DNA of 64,000 nt from a virus. Lineage: Duplodnaviria; Caudoviricetes. Both the position numbers and the translations under genes were made by a program. The stretch lies in the IMG/VR virus record IMGVR_UViG_2756170199_000003, positions 74,881 to 138,880 of that record; one strand, 5' to 3'. The notes under the pieces are model-generated. The model had not been told where the DNA came from. It saw only the letters and a list, made by a program, of their open reading frames with translations, and searched no databases. Positions within the stretch are counted from its first letter, which is position 1. Each line of letters opens with the position of its first letter. Of the stretch, positions 1 to 10,246 are shown in pieces.

Positions 1-49
1 ATTGCTAATCGTCAAGGTGACTCACTGGAAATCGGGAGACACGCCGTAT

Positions 50-2155
50 TCAGGTTGTCGCGCTCGACGTCTGGTCCAGCCGGACGGACTGGATCACGAT
101 GGTGGCAACCGTCTTCATGCCGGCCGCGGCGATCTGCAGGATCGTGGTCCAGCTGTAGCCACGCTGCGCATCGGCACCCGTGATCGTGGTGGTGGGCGTG
201 ATCGTGAAGCGGTTATCGAAGATGTTCGCCACGCGCGTCGTGATGAAGTTGTTCACGTTCTTGATGAGTTGCGCGTTGGTCATTGAAGACACGCCACAGA
301 ACTGCCGGCGCGCCAGGTCGCCGATCTTCTCGAGCGTGCAGATCGCACTCACCGTAAAGAAACTGTTGAGCACCGACGTGTCGTTGTCGTAGATGGTTTT
401 CAGCGCCGGGAAGTACGCCTGCCGGCGCGCGCACGCCTCCACCCCCACCATGCCGTTGGCCCAGTCCTGGTTGCGTGCGGTTGCGCTCCAGAAGGTCACG
501 TTGATGTTCGAGAACAGGTTGATCTGCGAGCCCGGCTGCATGTCGAAGGCGTAGCCTGATTTCCACTTGCCATTGCTTGCACCCATGTAGGCGGCCGCCT
601 TCGACGCCAGCTCGATCGTCAGTGGCAGCGGGCCGGTGTAGAGCGAGCCCGTCAACGTGCCAGAGCCCGGCACCACCATGCCGCGTGCGCAGGGCGTGCC
701 GAAGTAGTCCGACTCCGGGTACTGCTGCAGGAACGCCTTGAGTGCCACCGCCATTGACGATTCCTCAGAGGCCGTCAGAGGTGGCGAGAGTGTCGAGAAG
801 GTCGACAGCGTGATGAAGGTGTCGGGACGTTGCGAAATGAACTGCGCGAGCGCCTTCTTGGTGTCGATGGGGAAGCCCGAATCCCAGAAATGGGAATACG
901 GGTACATCACGAGTTCCTGGATCGGATCGGCCGCATCGGCAAAGCGCGCCGCATCCTCCGCCACCAGCGCCGCGAAGCTCGCGTCATCCATCGAGCCATC
1001 GCTGCCGCCACTTGCCCACAGCGTGCTTGCCTGCCCCAGGTAGGCCGCGTCCGGATCCGTCGTATTGAACTGGAAGGTCGAGTATGGCGCGCCTCTGGAG
1101 GACACACCGCTCACGAAGTTGAATAGCCACTGCTCTCCATCCTCGCCGGTGAAATCGGAGAATGGATTGATTGCCGCGTCCTCGGCGGCGTAGAACATGC
1201 CAATGAGCGTGGCCAGATTGTCATCGTAGACGTGCAGGCTGCCAAAGGGGCCGTAGACGTCGGCTGTGCCCGCCGGGTTGTTCAGATCCTGCCACGCATT
1301 CAGGAAGATGTCCTGAATCGATATCTGCGCGTCGAGCGCCGTGTCGATCGTAGCCGGCTTGAACGTGACATCGAGATACGTCGAGCCGTTGGTCATGCGC
1401 GTCACGGTGCCCGTGCTCGAGGCCGAGGCGCGCGTGACACACGACACCCGGAACGGATAGACCAGGTCGTCCTCGATGAAGTTTGCGTTCGCTGGCGTCG
1501 ATGAGTTCGCCGTGGGCGCCCACAGACGCAGTCCGTTGTTATTGCCGTACGCACCAAAACTCGGCACCAGCAGATCGAGCACCGGATAGCGCTGCGAGGT
1601 ATCCGATCCGGAGGACTGGTCGCCCGCCAGAATCTGCACCTCACCGTAGTCACTCGTCCCATCGGGGTTGTAGGTCACAGTCGACACCACCCACTTGACG
1701 ATGTAGCCCGGCAGCGTCGAGTTTGCGCCCGTCACCGGTACGGGTGCGCCACTCTCGTCGGTTGTGAATGAGCCGTCCGTATTGCGCTCGTACTGCGTGA
1801 TCGGCGCAGGCATCACGTCGAGACAAAGGCGCAGTGATGCAGGCGGATTCGCGTCTGCCGGCTGCAGCCGCTTCACCATGATCGCGTTGCCCTGCGCGTT
1901 CACCGTATTGGCAAGCACAGTCGCGTGATTGGCCCAGGCCTTGCGCAGATCGAACGAATCGGCGCCATACATGTTGGTCAGATCGACGCCCGAAACGACC
2001 TCTTCCGTGACGGGGCCCATCTGGGCGTAGAGATAGATGTAGGGAAGGTGCTGGGGAATCTGCTCCGGGACGGGCGTCACCTGCTGCGTACTGAGGTCAT
2101 CAGTGCGCTGGAAGATGGTCATCGGAGCGCCATTGACAATCATGGCCGTTGTCAT
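50..2155 (-). CDS. Contractile tail sheath protein, phiKZ gp29-like
   Basis: ~700 aa. Start at ATG 2155 (MTTAMIVNGAP) with AGGA RBS. N-terminal PQHLP..YLYAQMGP, central GGSDG and WDSGFP, C-terminal FPALKTIYDNDTSVLNS and RGYSW as recalled for phiKZ-type sheaths. Divergent from the gp28-gp25-like block. Confidence 0.85.
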   Translation of the reverse strand: MTTAMIVNGAPMTIFQRTDDLSTQQVTPVPEQIPQHLPYIYLYAQMGPVTEEVVSGVDLTNMYGADSFDLRKAWANHATVLANTVNAQGNAIMVKRLQPADANPPASLRLCLDVMPAPITQYERNTDGSFTTDESGAPVPVTGANSTLPGYIVKWVVSTVTYNPDGTSDYGEVQILAGDQSSGSDTSQRYPVLDLLVPSFGAYGNNNGLRLWAPTANSSTPANANFIEDDLVYPFRVSCVTRASASSTGTVTRMTNGSTYLDVTFKPATIDTALDAQISIQDIFLNAWQDLNNPAGTADVYGPFGSLHVYDDNLATLIGMFYAAEDAAINPFSDFTGEDGEQWLFNFVSGVSSRGAPYSTFQFNTTDPDAAYLGQASTLWASGGSDGSMDDASFAALVAEDAARFADAADPIQELVMYPYSHFWDSGFPIDTKKALAQFISQRPDTFITLSTFSTLSPPLTASEESSMAVALKAFLQQYPESDYFGTPCARGMVVPGSGTLTGSLYTGPLPLTIELASKAAAYMGASNGKWKSGYAFDMQPGSQINLFSNINVTFWSATARNQDWANGMVGVEACARRQAYFPALKTIYDNDTSVLNSFFTVSAICTLEKIGDLARRQFCGVSSMTNAQLIKNVNNFITTRVANIFDNRFTITPTTTITGADAQRGYSWTTILQIAAAGMKTVATIVIQSVRLDQTSSATT

Positions 2156-2297
2156 GGTTGCGATCCTGAAAGGAAATGCTATGGCCTGGGGGTAATCTGG
2201 AATGGCGATGCGGCGCATCATATAAATTCGTCCGCTTCGCAATCCTCAATAACCTTCGACCACGTCATCACGAACTTTCAGGACGAGGCGGCGGAGA

Positions 2298-3242
2298 ATG
2301 AAACGCTATGCGACGGCGTACGAGACCACGCAATGCAGTGGCTATGTGCTGGACAAACTTGAAACATCGCTGAAAGCGGCATACCTTGCGGGAGCGCTTA
2401 TGCCTGCCAGTGAGGCGGCGACGGTACTCGAGGTACAAGGCGGTCAGCCACTTGCAGATGCGATACCCGAATTTGCCCACCCGTTTCTCGTCGCGCACGC
2501 GCACGGCGGCACTCACGACGAAGGTGGGACCATCGTGTTCGACGCTCGCCCATTCGGCGCCTTTGACCGCCTGCGCGGGCAATTCGTCGTCCGCAACGAG
2601 ATCGAATATGGCCTGCAGTTGCGACGCGCCCAGCTCAATGACATCTGGGTCAATGACGATCCGGCGTTGCTGCGGGATGCGTCACCGGTGGCAATGAGTT
2701 TCTTCGCGAGCTGGATCAGCGAGAACGTAGCCCGCCGCTTCGCGCTTGACCCGCGCGAGCAGCTGAATCTGGCGATCCTCAGCGCCATTCACTATCTCTC
2801 GCTGTTTGCCGATGAGGACAGCCTCGATACCCACGCGCGCCTGAAAATCGCAATGCAGGTCTCCCGCGGCCTACGCTGTCCGGCCGAGGATGTAATGACG
2901 CTGCTCGAGAAACAGCAGCATGCGGGCGCCGGCATTGTCGGTCTATGCGCGGATGCGGCTGACGCGACAGGCAGCGTGAGATTGCGCGAGCTCAGCCCCG
3001 GCATTCTCATCAGCATCATCAAGGGAACGTGGTGGGGCATCAATGCAGCCGAAATGCTCGCTGTCGCGCTTGAACATCCACCGACATGGCTCGCGCTGCT
3101 GGCCGCCGCGCACGTCGAGCGCACCTACCGCAACTCCGGCCTCGCGCGCATGGTAGAGCGCCAGGCGCATAAGGAACCGAACCAGCTCTTCCTGCGCGCG
3201 GTACTCAATCTCGCTCACCTGTCGGATCGTCGCGCTCATTGA
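2298..3242 (+). CDS. phiKZ-like virion structural protein (gp28-like by synteny)
   Basis: 314 aa ORF with GGAG RBS and an ALEHPPTW motif. Lies between sheath and terminase block. Confidence 0.65.
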   Translation: MKRYATAYETTQCSGYVLDKLETSLKAAYLAGALMPASEAATVLEVQGGQPLADAIPEFAHPFLVAHAHGGTHDEGGTIVFDARPFGAFDRLRGQFVVRNEIEYGLQLRRAQLNDIWVNDDPALLRDASPVAMSFFASWISENVARRFALDPREQLNLAILSAIHYLSLFADEDSLDTHARLKIAMQVSRGLRCPAEDVMTLLEKQQHAGAGIVGLCADAADATGSVRLRELSPGILISIIKGTWWGINAAEMLAVALEHPPTWLALLAAAHVERTYRNSGLARMVERQAHKEPNQLFLRAVLNLAHLSDRRAH

Positions 3243-3297
3243 CCCGCCTGCGCCCGCCTCCCCCTTCACTTCTCCGTCTTTCCACCCGGGTTTGGCC

Positions 3298-5940
3298 ATG
3301 TACGACTATCTCGTCGATAACGCGCTGCGCAACGTCTGGTGTGCGCCCACGCAGGACCGCCAGGCAATCCTGCAGCCCGCGCGCCTCACCCCGGATGGCG
3401 GAGTGACCAATAGCGTGCAGATCGACTGGTCTGAATACCAGCTGCCGGCAAGCAACGCACCATTCCACGTCTACCAGATCGGACAGATCAGTCCGTGGCT
3501 GCTCGGCCTGCTGGCGTGGGCCATCACCTGGACACCGTTCTCACTGGCGATGAACCGGTTGAACCTGATCGTCGACCTGTATGTGAACTCCGGCATCCAG
3601 CTACCGCGCTTCCAGTCGTATTTCATGATCACACGCGACCGCAACATCGTGATCGCGGTGCGGTTCCAGCCCACTATCAGCATCAATCTCGATCGCGAGC
3701 CACTGTGTCTGCGGCTCTACAGCAACGCCTTCTTCCAGAGCCCACGTGCCACCTCCGGCGACACAAAATACGTGATCCAGACGGGCGGGCTGGTACCAAA
3801 GCTCAAGAGCGACATCCTGCCCGTCCAGAACACCGTCACGGCACTTCAGGCACTTCCGGGCGTCGTGTACTGCTTCGTCAACGGCTTCAAGGTCGACGCC
3901 ATCAATGTCGTCACAGCGCAGCCCGGCGATGTGGTCGAGTACGTCTATGACAGTTCCATCTACCGGATCGCCGACTTCACGCTGTCCGGCCTGCCGGTAT
4001 TCAACAGCACGCTCGACAGCAAGTACAAGTACCTGCTTCATTACGATGGACGCGCCCGACATACCATCGACTTCGAGGACGACATCGATGTGTGGGTAAT
4101 CTATACGCTACCCACGAGTCTCACACAGGGCGTCTTCTACCACCACAACGAAGCGGATGCGATCCGCAACGTTACGCACCGCGACTACGCGTTGCCTACG
4201 GCCTACGTGGCGGGCTACCTCGCGGCGCGCGGAAACTGGGAGTCAGAAGCAAACGTCACGATCCGGCTGCACATCCGTCGGGCCGGACTCGAGCGCCCGC
4301 TCGTCTACGAGGCCAACCGCATTTTCGAGCTTTACAAGCTCAGCGATGCCCAGATCGTGAGCGCATTGGCGGGCGTGAACGCCACGCTTGAAAACTGGCA
4401 GGCGGCCACGCTGGAAGCGTCGCCCTACACCCGGATCATGGGCGCATACGGTGGTGTCGCGGCGAGTTCAGGTGGTGCCAATACCTTCGACCGCCAGACG
4501 GTCGAGGATGCGTACGGCTATAACGCCACGGGCCGGCTCGTGGGCATGAGCCCGCTGATCCCCGTGCTGGAATCAGGCCAGTTGCTCGTTAGCCTCCCCT
4601 ACAACCTCCAGAGCAACGTCACGGCGTGGGAATACGACAGCAACGGCACGCTGCTTGGCTACTACGGCCACGCGAGCGGTGGCGTGTATGTCTGCGAGAA
4701 CAGCAACTGTGTGCTCGTCGAGGTGATCTATGGCGGCGCCGCCCAGATGCCCGACGATACCTACGGGCAGGCCACCCAGTTGATCGATACGCGTCTGGAC
4801 TACCGCATGTACACGTGCGATATCGCGTCTCTCACCGGCAAGCCGCTCTTCAACTGGCGCGACGTCACCGGCAGCAGCCAGTATGCGATCCAGGACGGCA
4901 TCCTCACGTGGCTGATCGACACCACCAAAGCCTATACATGTGTGCGAAGCAACCGCACGATGCTCGCCTACACGCTGTACATCCAGCCAAAGGAAGGCAT
5001 CCTGCCGATTGAGATCCAGCAGCAGGGCATCCTCAACTACGTGCTGCAGCTCTTCGCGATGCAGATCCCGATGGGCCAGCTCGACGTGTTCGTGAACGGC
5101 CGCTCCATGATCCAGGGCCTGGACTATGTGATGCAGTTTCCCACGATCATGATCAACAACGTCTCGGCGCTGTCGTTTCCGCAGGACAGGCAGCAGCAGA
5201 TCACGATCCGCTGGACCGGATTCTGCAGGAACGATCTGTCGATCCCGTCCCATCGCGATACGGGCTGGGTGCAGTACGGGCTGCTCTCGAACAACAACCG
5301 CTACAACATCCGCGACGACGACGTTACCCGCATCGCGGTGGGCGGTGGCGTGTTCCCGAAGTCCGCACTAAAATTCGCCGAAGACGACGCCAACATCCTC
5401 TCGCCGCTGCCCGTCAACGGGCTGCCGTATCAGGTGCAGAAGGTGGTGGTGCCGATGCTGGGGGTCACCAACGAGGATACCCAGACCTACTTCGACAAGG
5501 CTCTCGCGATCGACCGGGCCGTCGAAGACTACATGACGCTCTACTATCCGCTGCCGGCTCCCGGTGCAGCAAGCGGCCCGGACGTCATCAACGCGCTCTA
5601 CCCGCTTTTCAGCCCCTTCTGCTGCAAGATCATCTACGACCTCGTGCTCGGCATCATCGACGAGACACCCCTGCAATCGTTCTACAACGACGACTTCGTG
5701 CGTGGAGTCTGCCAACCCTATGAGTATCTGCTGGCGTTCGACCCGACCCAGCCAGCCACCGCGCAGGATCCGCGGTTCGTGAGGATCCAGCCGCACAACC
5801 TGACCGTGACCATTGCGCTCGACATCTATGCGTACAACTTCGTGAACAACGTGATCCGCATCTATCTGAACAACCTGGTGCTGCTCAACAACTACGTATC
5901 GATTGCCGATCTGGCGGGTAGCAGCGCGATCGGCAGTTGA
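3298..5940 (+). CDS. phiKZ-like virion/baseplate structural protein (gp27-like)
   Basis: ~880 aa. NVWCAPTQDRQ N-terminus, FHVYQIG and VFVNGRSMIQGLDY motifs. Synteny with sheath and terminase. Confidence 0.75.
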   Translation: MYDYLVDNALRNVWCAPTQDRQAILQPARLTPDGGVTNSVQIDWSEYQLPASNAPFHVYQIGQISPWLLGLLAWAITWTPFSLAMNRLNLIVDLYVNSGIQLPRFQSYFMITRDRNIVIAVRFQPTISINLDREPLCLRLYSNAFFQSPRATSGDTKYVIQTGGLVPKLKSDILPVQNTVTALQALPGVVYCFVNGFKVDAINVVTAQPGDVVEYVYDSSIYRIADFTLSGLPVFNSTLDSKYKYLLHYDGRARHTIDFEDDIDVWVIYTLPTSLTQGVFYHHNEADAIRNVTHRDYALPTAYVAGYLAARGNWESEANVTIRLHIRRAGLERPLVYEANRIFELYKLSDAQIVSALAGVNATLENWQAATLEASPYTRIMGAYGGVAASSGGANTFDRQTVEDAYGYNATGRLVGMSPLIPVLESGQLLVSLPYNLQSNVTAWEYDSNGTLLGYYGHASGGVYVCENSNCVLVEVIYGGAAQMPDDTYGQATQLIDTRLDYRMYTCDIASLTGKPLFNWRDVTGSSQYAIQDGILTWLIDTTKAYTCVRSNRTMLAYTLYIQPKEGILPIEIQQQGILNYVLQLFAMQIPMGQLDVFVNGRSMIQGLDYVMQFPTIMINNVSALSFPQDRQQQITIRWTGFCRNDLSIPSHRDTGWVQYGLLSNNNRYNIRDDDVTRIAVGGGVFPKSALKFAEDDANILSPLPVNGLPYQVQKVVVPMLGVTNEDTQTYFDKALAIDRAVEDYMTLYYPLPAPGAASGPDVINALYPLFSPFCCKIIYDLVLGIIDETPLQSFYNDDFVRGVCQPYEYLLAFDPTQPATAQDPRFVRIQPHNLTVTIALDIYAYNFVNNVIRIYLNNLVLLNNYVSIADLAGSSAIGS

Positions 5941-5957
5941 TCGATGCCGGAGGTCGC

Positions 5958-7664
5958 ATGTCCGACTTCGGAAGTTCAGTCGAGCTGCCGGTCGGCACCG
6001 ACGGCGGCGTACCCATCAAGAGCCCCGACAACAGCCTGTGGGAGATCTGGGCCTACCAGAATCTCTGGCTCGGCGCCGCGGGCACGAACAAGTACATACC
6101 GAAGATCAACGACTACGTCTGCGACTACACGATCAACCAGTGGTGGAGAGTCGCGCTGGTCGATCCCGTCACCTACGTGCCGACGCTCGTGCCGCTCACC
6201 ACCACACCCAATGCGGCGATGACCGAGGGGGACCTGCTTCAGGGCGTGGGGCTTGGCACGCTTGCCGACACGTTTCGCGTCTATCTCGACACCAGCGTCA
6301 TTCCGTTCATCCTCGCCGTGGACGGCAGGCTCTGGTATCCGGGGCCCGATGTCGCGTCAGTCAAGCTTTTCACGGGCGCGGATTTCACCACCAACGAGAA
6401 CTGCATCAGCGGCTACTACGACCAGTCGGGCAAACTGGTTTCCCAGGCGATTCCCCTCGCACCCGTGTCGGTCGAGTTCCCCGATGGCTCCATGGGTACG
6501 GTCTCAGGCGTGCCGGTCTGTTACACGAACGTGCGTCTGGCTGACGCCACGCCGGTCACCGCGGTCGCCTACTCCTCGACCGGTGCAGTCGTATCCATCC
6601 GGCAGCTCCTGATCCAGAACACCGGTTGCATCCGTCTGGCCGACTCCGGCGTGAAGTATGTCGTGGGGATCGAACTCAGGACACCGTTCCTCTCAAGCTC
6701 GGACCCGACGCTCATCCAGTTCCCGATCAATGTGATTCTCGCGAACCTGAACCTGATGGGCATTGTGCGTTACAGCGACGGTTCGAGCGCCATGCTGCCA
6801 GTGGACAACACGAAGTTCCAGATACTCGGCTTCAATGCCTTTGTCTCGACAATCGTCGGACAGTCCTTCAACGTCGTGCTCAAGTACAACCTCTCGCCCG
6901 ACGAGGCGGTCTTCAACGCGAATTCGGTCGAACAGCAGGGGTTCATCACCCGGGCCTACCGGATGACGTCCATCAACTCCGCCGGTGCGTACGCTCTCAA
7001 GCTCTTCGCTTTCCCCGTCTGGCGCGACAGTGTCACGGGCTACCGGCTCGACTGGTTTCTCTACAACCTCGATCGCAGCACCTGGTGGAATGTCACGAGC
7101 CTGGTGCAGTTCTCGCCAGCTTTTCCGGCCTTCCAGCCGCTGCAGTACGGCGTGCAGCAGGACATCAACGCACAGGTGCAGCTGAGCAAGGTCGACCTGA
7201 GCTTCACGAACTATCTTTTCAGTGCCACGCTGGCGATCACGCTGCTTGGACCCGGCATGCAGGACTCGCCCTGGCAGATCCAGTTCGAGCCTGGGCAGAT
7301 GCCCCCCTACGGTCCCGGCAATGTCGCAGCTGTCAACGAGGTCCAGGCCAACCAGTACACGATCAATATCGCCAGCGGCTATAAAAAGCAGGGCGACTGG
7401 CTACAGGCGCTCTATTACAACACCCTGCCGCTGACCGATCCGGCCACCGAGGCGAAGTTGCCGGTGCCGAGCCACTTCGCGATCCAGATGCCCGATGGCA
7501 GCGAGCCGATCGTCTGCCCGATCTCGCAGTGGGCGGCGACGTTCAGCACGAGCGTGACGATTCCCGACGACAGCACGCTCTACGTAACGTTCTTCCTGCG
7601 CACCACGACCAACGACCTGCAGCTCTCGATCTGCGGCCTGCCGGTGCGCTATCCGGGTACGTAG
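5958..7664 (+). CDS. phiKZ-like virion structural protein (gp26-like)
   Basis: GGAGG RBS before ATG 5958. ~570 aa beta-rich protein (YIPKINDYV, KLFAFPVW). Directly upstream of terminase. Confidence 0.7.
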   Translation: MSDFGSSVELPVGTDGGVPIKSPDNSLWEIWAYQNLWLGAAGTNKYIPKINDYVCDYTINQWWRVALVDPVTYVPTLVPLTTTPNAAMTEGDLLQGVGLGTLADTFRVYLDTSVIPFILAVDGRLWYPGPDVASVKLFTGADFTTNENCISGYYDQSGKLVSQAIPLAPVSVEFPDGSMGTVSGVPVCYTNVRLADATPVTAVAYSSTGAVVSIRQLLIQNTGCIRLADSGVKYVVGIELRTPFLSSSDPTLIQFPINVILANLNLMGIVRYSDGSSAMLPVDNTKFQILGFNAFVSTIVGQSFNVVLKYNLSPDEAVFNANSVEQQGFITRAYRMTSINSAGAYALKLFAFPVWRDSVTGYRLDWFLYNLDRSTWWNVTSLVQFSPAFPAFQPLQYGVQQDINAQVQLSKVDLSFTNYLFSATLAITLLGPGMQDSPWQIQFEPGQMPPYGPGNVAAVNEVQANQYTINIASGYKKQGDWLQALYYNTLPLTDPATEAKLPVPSHFAIQMPDGSEPIVCPISQWAATFSTSVTIPDDSTLYVTFFLRTTTNDLQLSICGLPVRYPGT

Positions 7665-7702
7665 CGGGATAACTGCTCGAGGCACCGGGCCAGTATCTGA
7701 CC

Positions 7703-7743
7703 AGCGCCGGGACCGCCTGAGCGATACAGGCGGTCCCGGCGCT
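7703..7743 (+). terminator. Perfect 17-bp hairpin (terminator/attenuator) upstream of terminase
   Basis: AGCGCCGGGACCGCCTG-agcgata-CAGGCGGTCCCGGCGCT, with only a weak U-tract. Confidence 0.6.
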
Positions 7744-7763
7744 TCTGACGGGAGGGCGTCAAC

Positions 7764-10025
7764 GTGATCCTCTTCCTCGATGATTTCAGCCTGTATCCGC
7801 GCGCCATCATCGACACCGAAACCACCAACGAGAGCTTCGTGAGGCTCGCGGCGATCTACCGCAAGATGGGGATACGTAACCACGCGTTTCTCCTCGCGCT
7901 GCTCAATCCTGATCTGCAAGGCGTGGACCCATTTTCTCCCGATCTCACGCTCGATCAGATGGCGGCGATCGCCGTCGAGTGCAAGACCAATCCCTTCTAT
8001 TTTTTCCGCGAGGTATGCCGCATACCCATGAGCGGCAGCACCGAAGCCGTCCCGTTTCAGGCCAGCCGCGGCAACATCGCGCTCATCTGGTGCTTCTTCA
8101 ATCACCTGATGATCTTCCTCGTGATGATCCGGCAGACCGGTAAGTCGGTGGCGGCCGATACGCTCATGGTGCTGTTGCTCAACTTCATCTGCGTGAACAC
8201 CGAAATCAACCTGCTCACGAAAGATGAAATCCTGCGGCGCACCAACGTGGACCGCATCAAGAAGATCATTGATGAGTTGCCACCCTACCTGCAGCAGCGC
8301 ACCCGGCAGGACACGCACAACGGCGAGGAAATCAGCGTCAATCGCCTTGGCAACAAGTACAAGACGCACGTCCCGCAGGCGTCCGAGAAAGGCGCCTACA
8401 AGGTGGGACGAGGCCTCACCACGCCGGTCATCCAGATCGACGAAGGACCGTTCCAGCCGAATGTGAGCATTGCCGTACCGTCCGCACTCGCCGCGCGCAA
8501 TGCAGCAGTCGACGCGGCCCGCGCGAATGGTTCGCCTTATGGCGTCATTTTCACCAACACCGCGGGCAAGATCGACGACCGCGACGGCGCCTTCATCTAT
8601 CGCATGCAGGGCAGCGCCGCACCGTGGAACGAGAAATTCTTCGACGCTGCAGACGCCCAGGAGCTCGAGCAGCTGGTGCGCAAGTCCTCCCACGGCGAGA
8701 AAACCCCCGACGGCAGCCGGCGCAGTGTCTATCGCGTGAACATCACGTTCGGCCACCGACAGCTCGGCAAGACCGACGAATGGCTACGGGAAAAGATCGA
8801 GGAAGCTGCGGTCAGCGGAGACGACGCGAATCGGGACTTCTTCAATATGTGGACCTCCGGCACGCAGACGCATCCCCTGCGACGCGAAGTCCTCGAGCGG
8901 ATTGTGGAATGCCGGCAGGATCCAAAGTTCACCGAGATCAGCAAGGAAGGCTATATCACGCGCTGGTATGTGGAAGAGCACGCGATCGAGGCAAGAATGC
9001 GTGCCGGGCGCTTCGTCATCGGACTGGACCCGTCAAACGCCTCCGGTGGTGACGACATCTCGCTCGTCGCGCTCGATATCGACACACTTGAGGTCGTCGC
9101 CGCGGGCACCTATAACGAAACCAACATCCTGCTTTTCTGCAGCTGGGTAGCGCAGTGGCTGATCCGCTGGGACACCACGACGCTGGTCATTGAGAACCGC
9201 AGTCTCGGGCAGGCCCTGATCGACTACCTGCTCTACATGCTGCCAGGACACGCCATCGATCCGTTCCGGCGGCTCTTCAACCGGATCGTCCAGGAGTACG
9301 ACGAGCTGCCGGCCCGCTTTCACGAGATCCAGGTACCGATGGGACGACGCCCCACCGACATCTACACGCGATACAAGAAGGCGTTTGGCTTCACGACATC
9401 GGGCGGTGCTGGTATCTATTCGAGAAGCGAGCTCTATTCGGCCTCGCTCCAGCTTGCCGCCAAACGCGCGGGTGCGCTCAGCTACGATCCGGTGCTGATC
9501 GAACAGATCGCCCATCTGACCACACGCAATGGCCGCATCGATCACGAAGAAGGCTTGCATGACGACATGGTGATCGGCTGGCTGCTGGCCCACTGGCTCG
9601 TCACTCGCGGCAAGATGCTGGCGTTCTACGGGATCGACGACCGGCGCATTGGCTCAGCACTGCACGTGGGCTCGCGCGAGAGCGTCATTGATCATGCGAT
9701 ACGCCGCGAGCAGCAGGCGATCCAGGAGGAGATCCGGCGCCTGTACGACGAACTCTCCCGCGAACCCAACGAATGGGTAGCCGCGCGCATTGAACATCAG
9801 ATGCGCCTGCTCGACCGCCGCGTAGTCCTGCAGGAAGGTGAAATCTTCAGCATGGACACCTTGATCAACCAGGCAAAGGACAGGAAGCGGGAACGAAGAC
9901 TGCAGCGTCGCACGGCGACGCCTCCTGCGGACCCAAGCCCCCCACCCCAGGGATTCTTCAGCGACATTCCGCCGGGCGTCACACCGGGCACCCCCGTGCG
10001 CACACTCAAACGTGGTGGCTGGTAA
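7764..10025 (+). CDS. terL: Terminase large subunit, phiKZ gp25-like
   Basis: GTG start after GGGAGG. Walker A RQTGKS, Walker B IQIDE, RNase H-like nuclease motifs IGLDPS, LVIEN and HDDMVIGW. Confidence 0.92.
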   Translation: MILFLDDFSLYPRAIIDTETTNESFVRLAAIYRKMGIRNHAFLLALLNPDLQGVDPFSPDLTLDQMAAIAVECKTNPFYFFREVCRIPMSGSTEAVPFQASRGNIALIWCFFNHLMIFLVMIRQTGKSVAADTLMVLLLNFICVNTEINLLTKDEILRRTNVDRIKKIIDELPPYLQQRTRQDTHNGEEISVNRLGNKYKTHVPQASEKGAYKVGRGLTTPVIQIDEGPFQPNVSIAVPSALAARNAAVDAARANGSPYGVIFTNTAGKIDDRDGAFIYRMQGSAAPWNEKFFDAADAQELEQLVRKSSHGEKTPDGSRRSVYRVNITFGHRQLGKTDEWLREKIEEAAVSGDDANRDFFNMWTSGTQTHPLRREVLERIVECRQDPKFTEISKEGYITRWYVEEHAIEARMRAGRFVIGLDPSNASGGDDISLVALDIDTLEVVAAGTYNETNILLFCSWVAQWLIRWDTTTLVIENRSLGQALIDYLLYMLPGHAIDPFRRLFNRIVQEYDELPARFHEIQVPMGRRPTDIYTRYKKAFGFTTSGGAGIYSRSELYSASLQLAAKRAGALSYDPVLIEQIAHLTTRNGRIDHEEGLHDDMVIGWLLAHWLVTRGKMLAFYGIDDRRIGSALHVGSRESVIDHAIRREQQAIQEEIRRLYDELSREPNEWVAARIEHQMRLLDRRVVLQEGEIFSMDTLINQAKDRKRERRLQRRTATPPADPSPPPQGFFSDIPPGVTPGTPVRTLKRGGW

Positions 10026-10246
10026 TTCGAGATAGCCGAATCGCATGAAACTGCGCTCACTATTCGCAATACACATTGCGCCCTGACAATTGTTGAAGAT
10101 TCAAGGGCACCAGGTCGTTGAATCTTCAACACTCAGCCGCTATAAAGTGAGATGGCCCTTAAAAGGTCGCAATCACGGCTCATCTCAATATAGCAGTCCT
10201 CCCCTTCGGGCCGTGCCTTCCTCAAAATCCAGGGAGCTCTACGCCT

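Noticed and set aside
7401-8756. 451-aa minus-strand ORF and many similar long antisense ORFs (e.g. 39699-40832, 52405-53421)
   Set aside because: Shadow ORFs opposite well-supported genes, expected in high-GC DNA with strong codon bias.
8952-8959. TATATCAC copy inside terL
   Set aside because: Falls within coding sequence (GYIT) with no downstream start, so likely coincidental.
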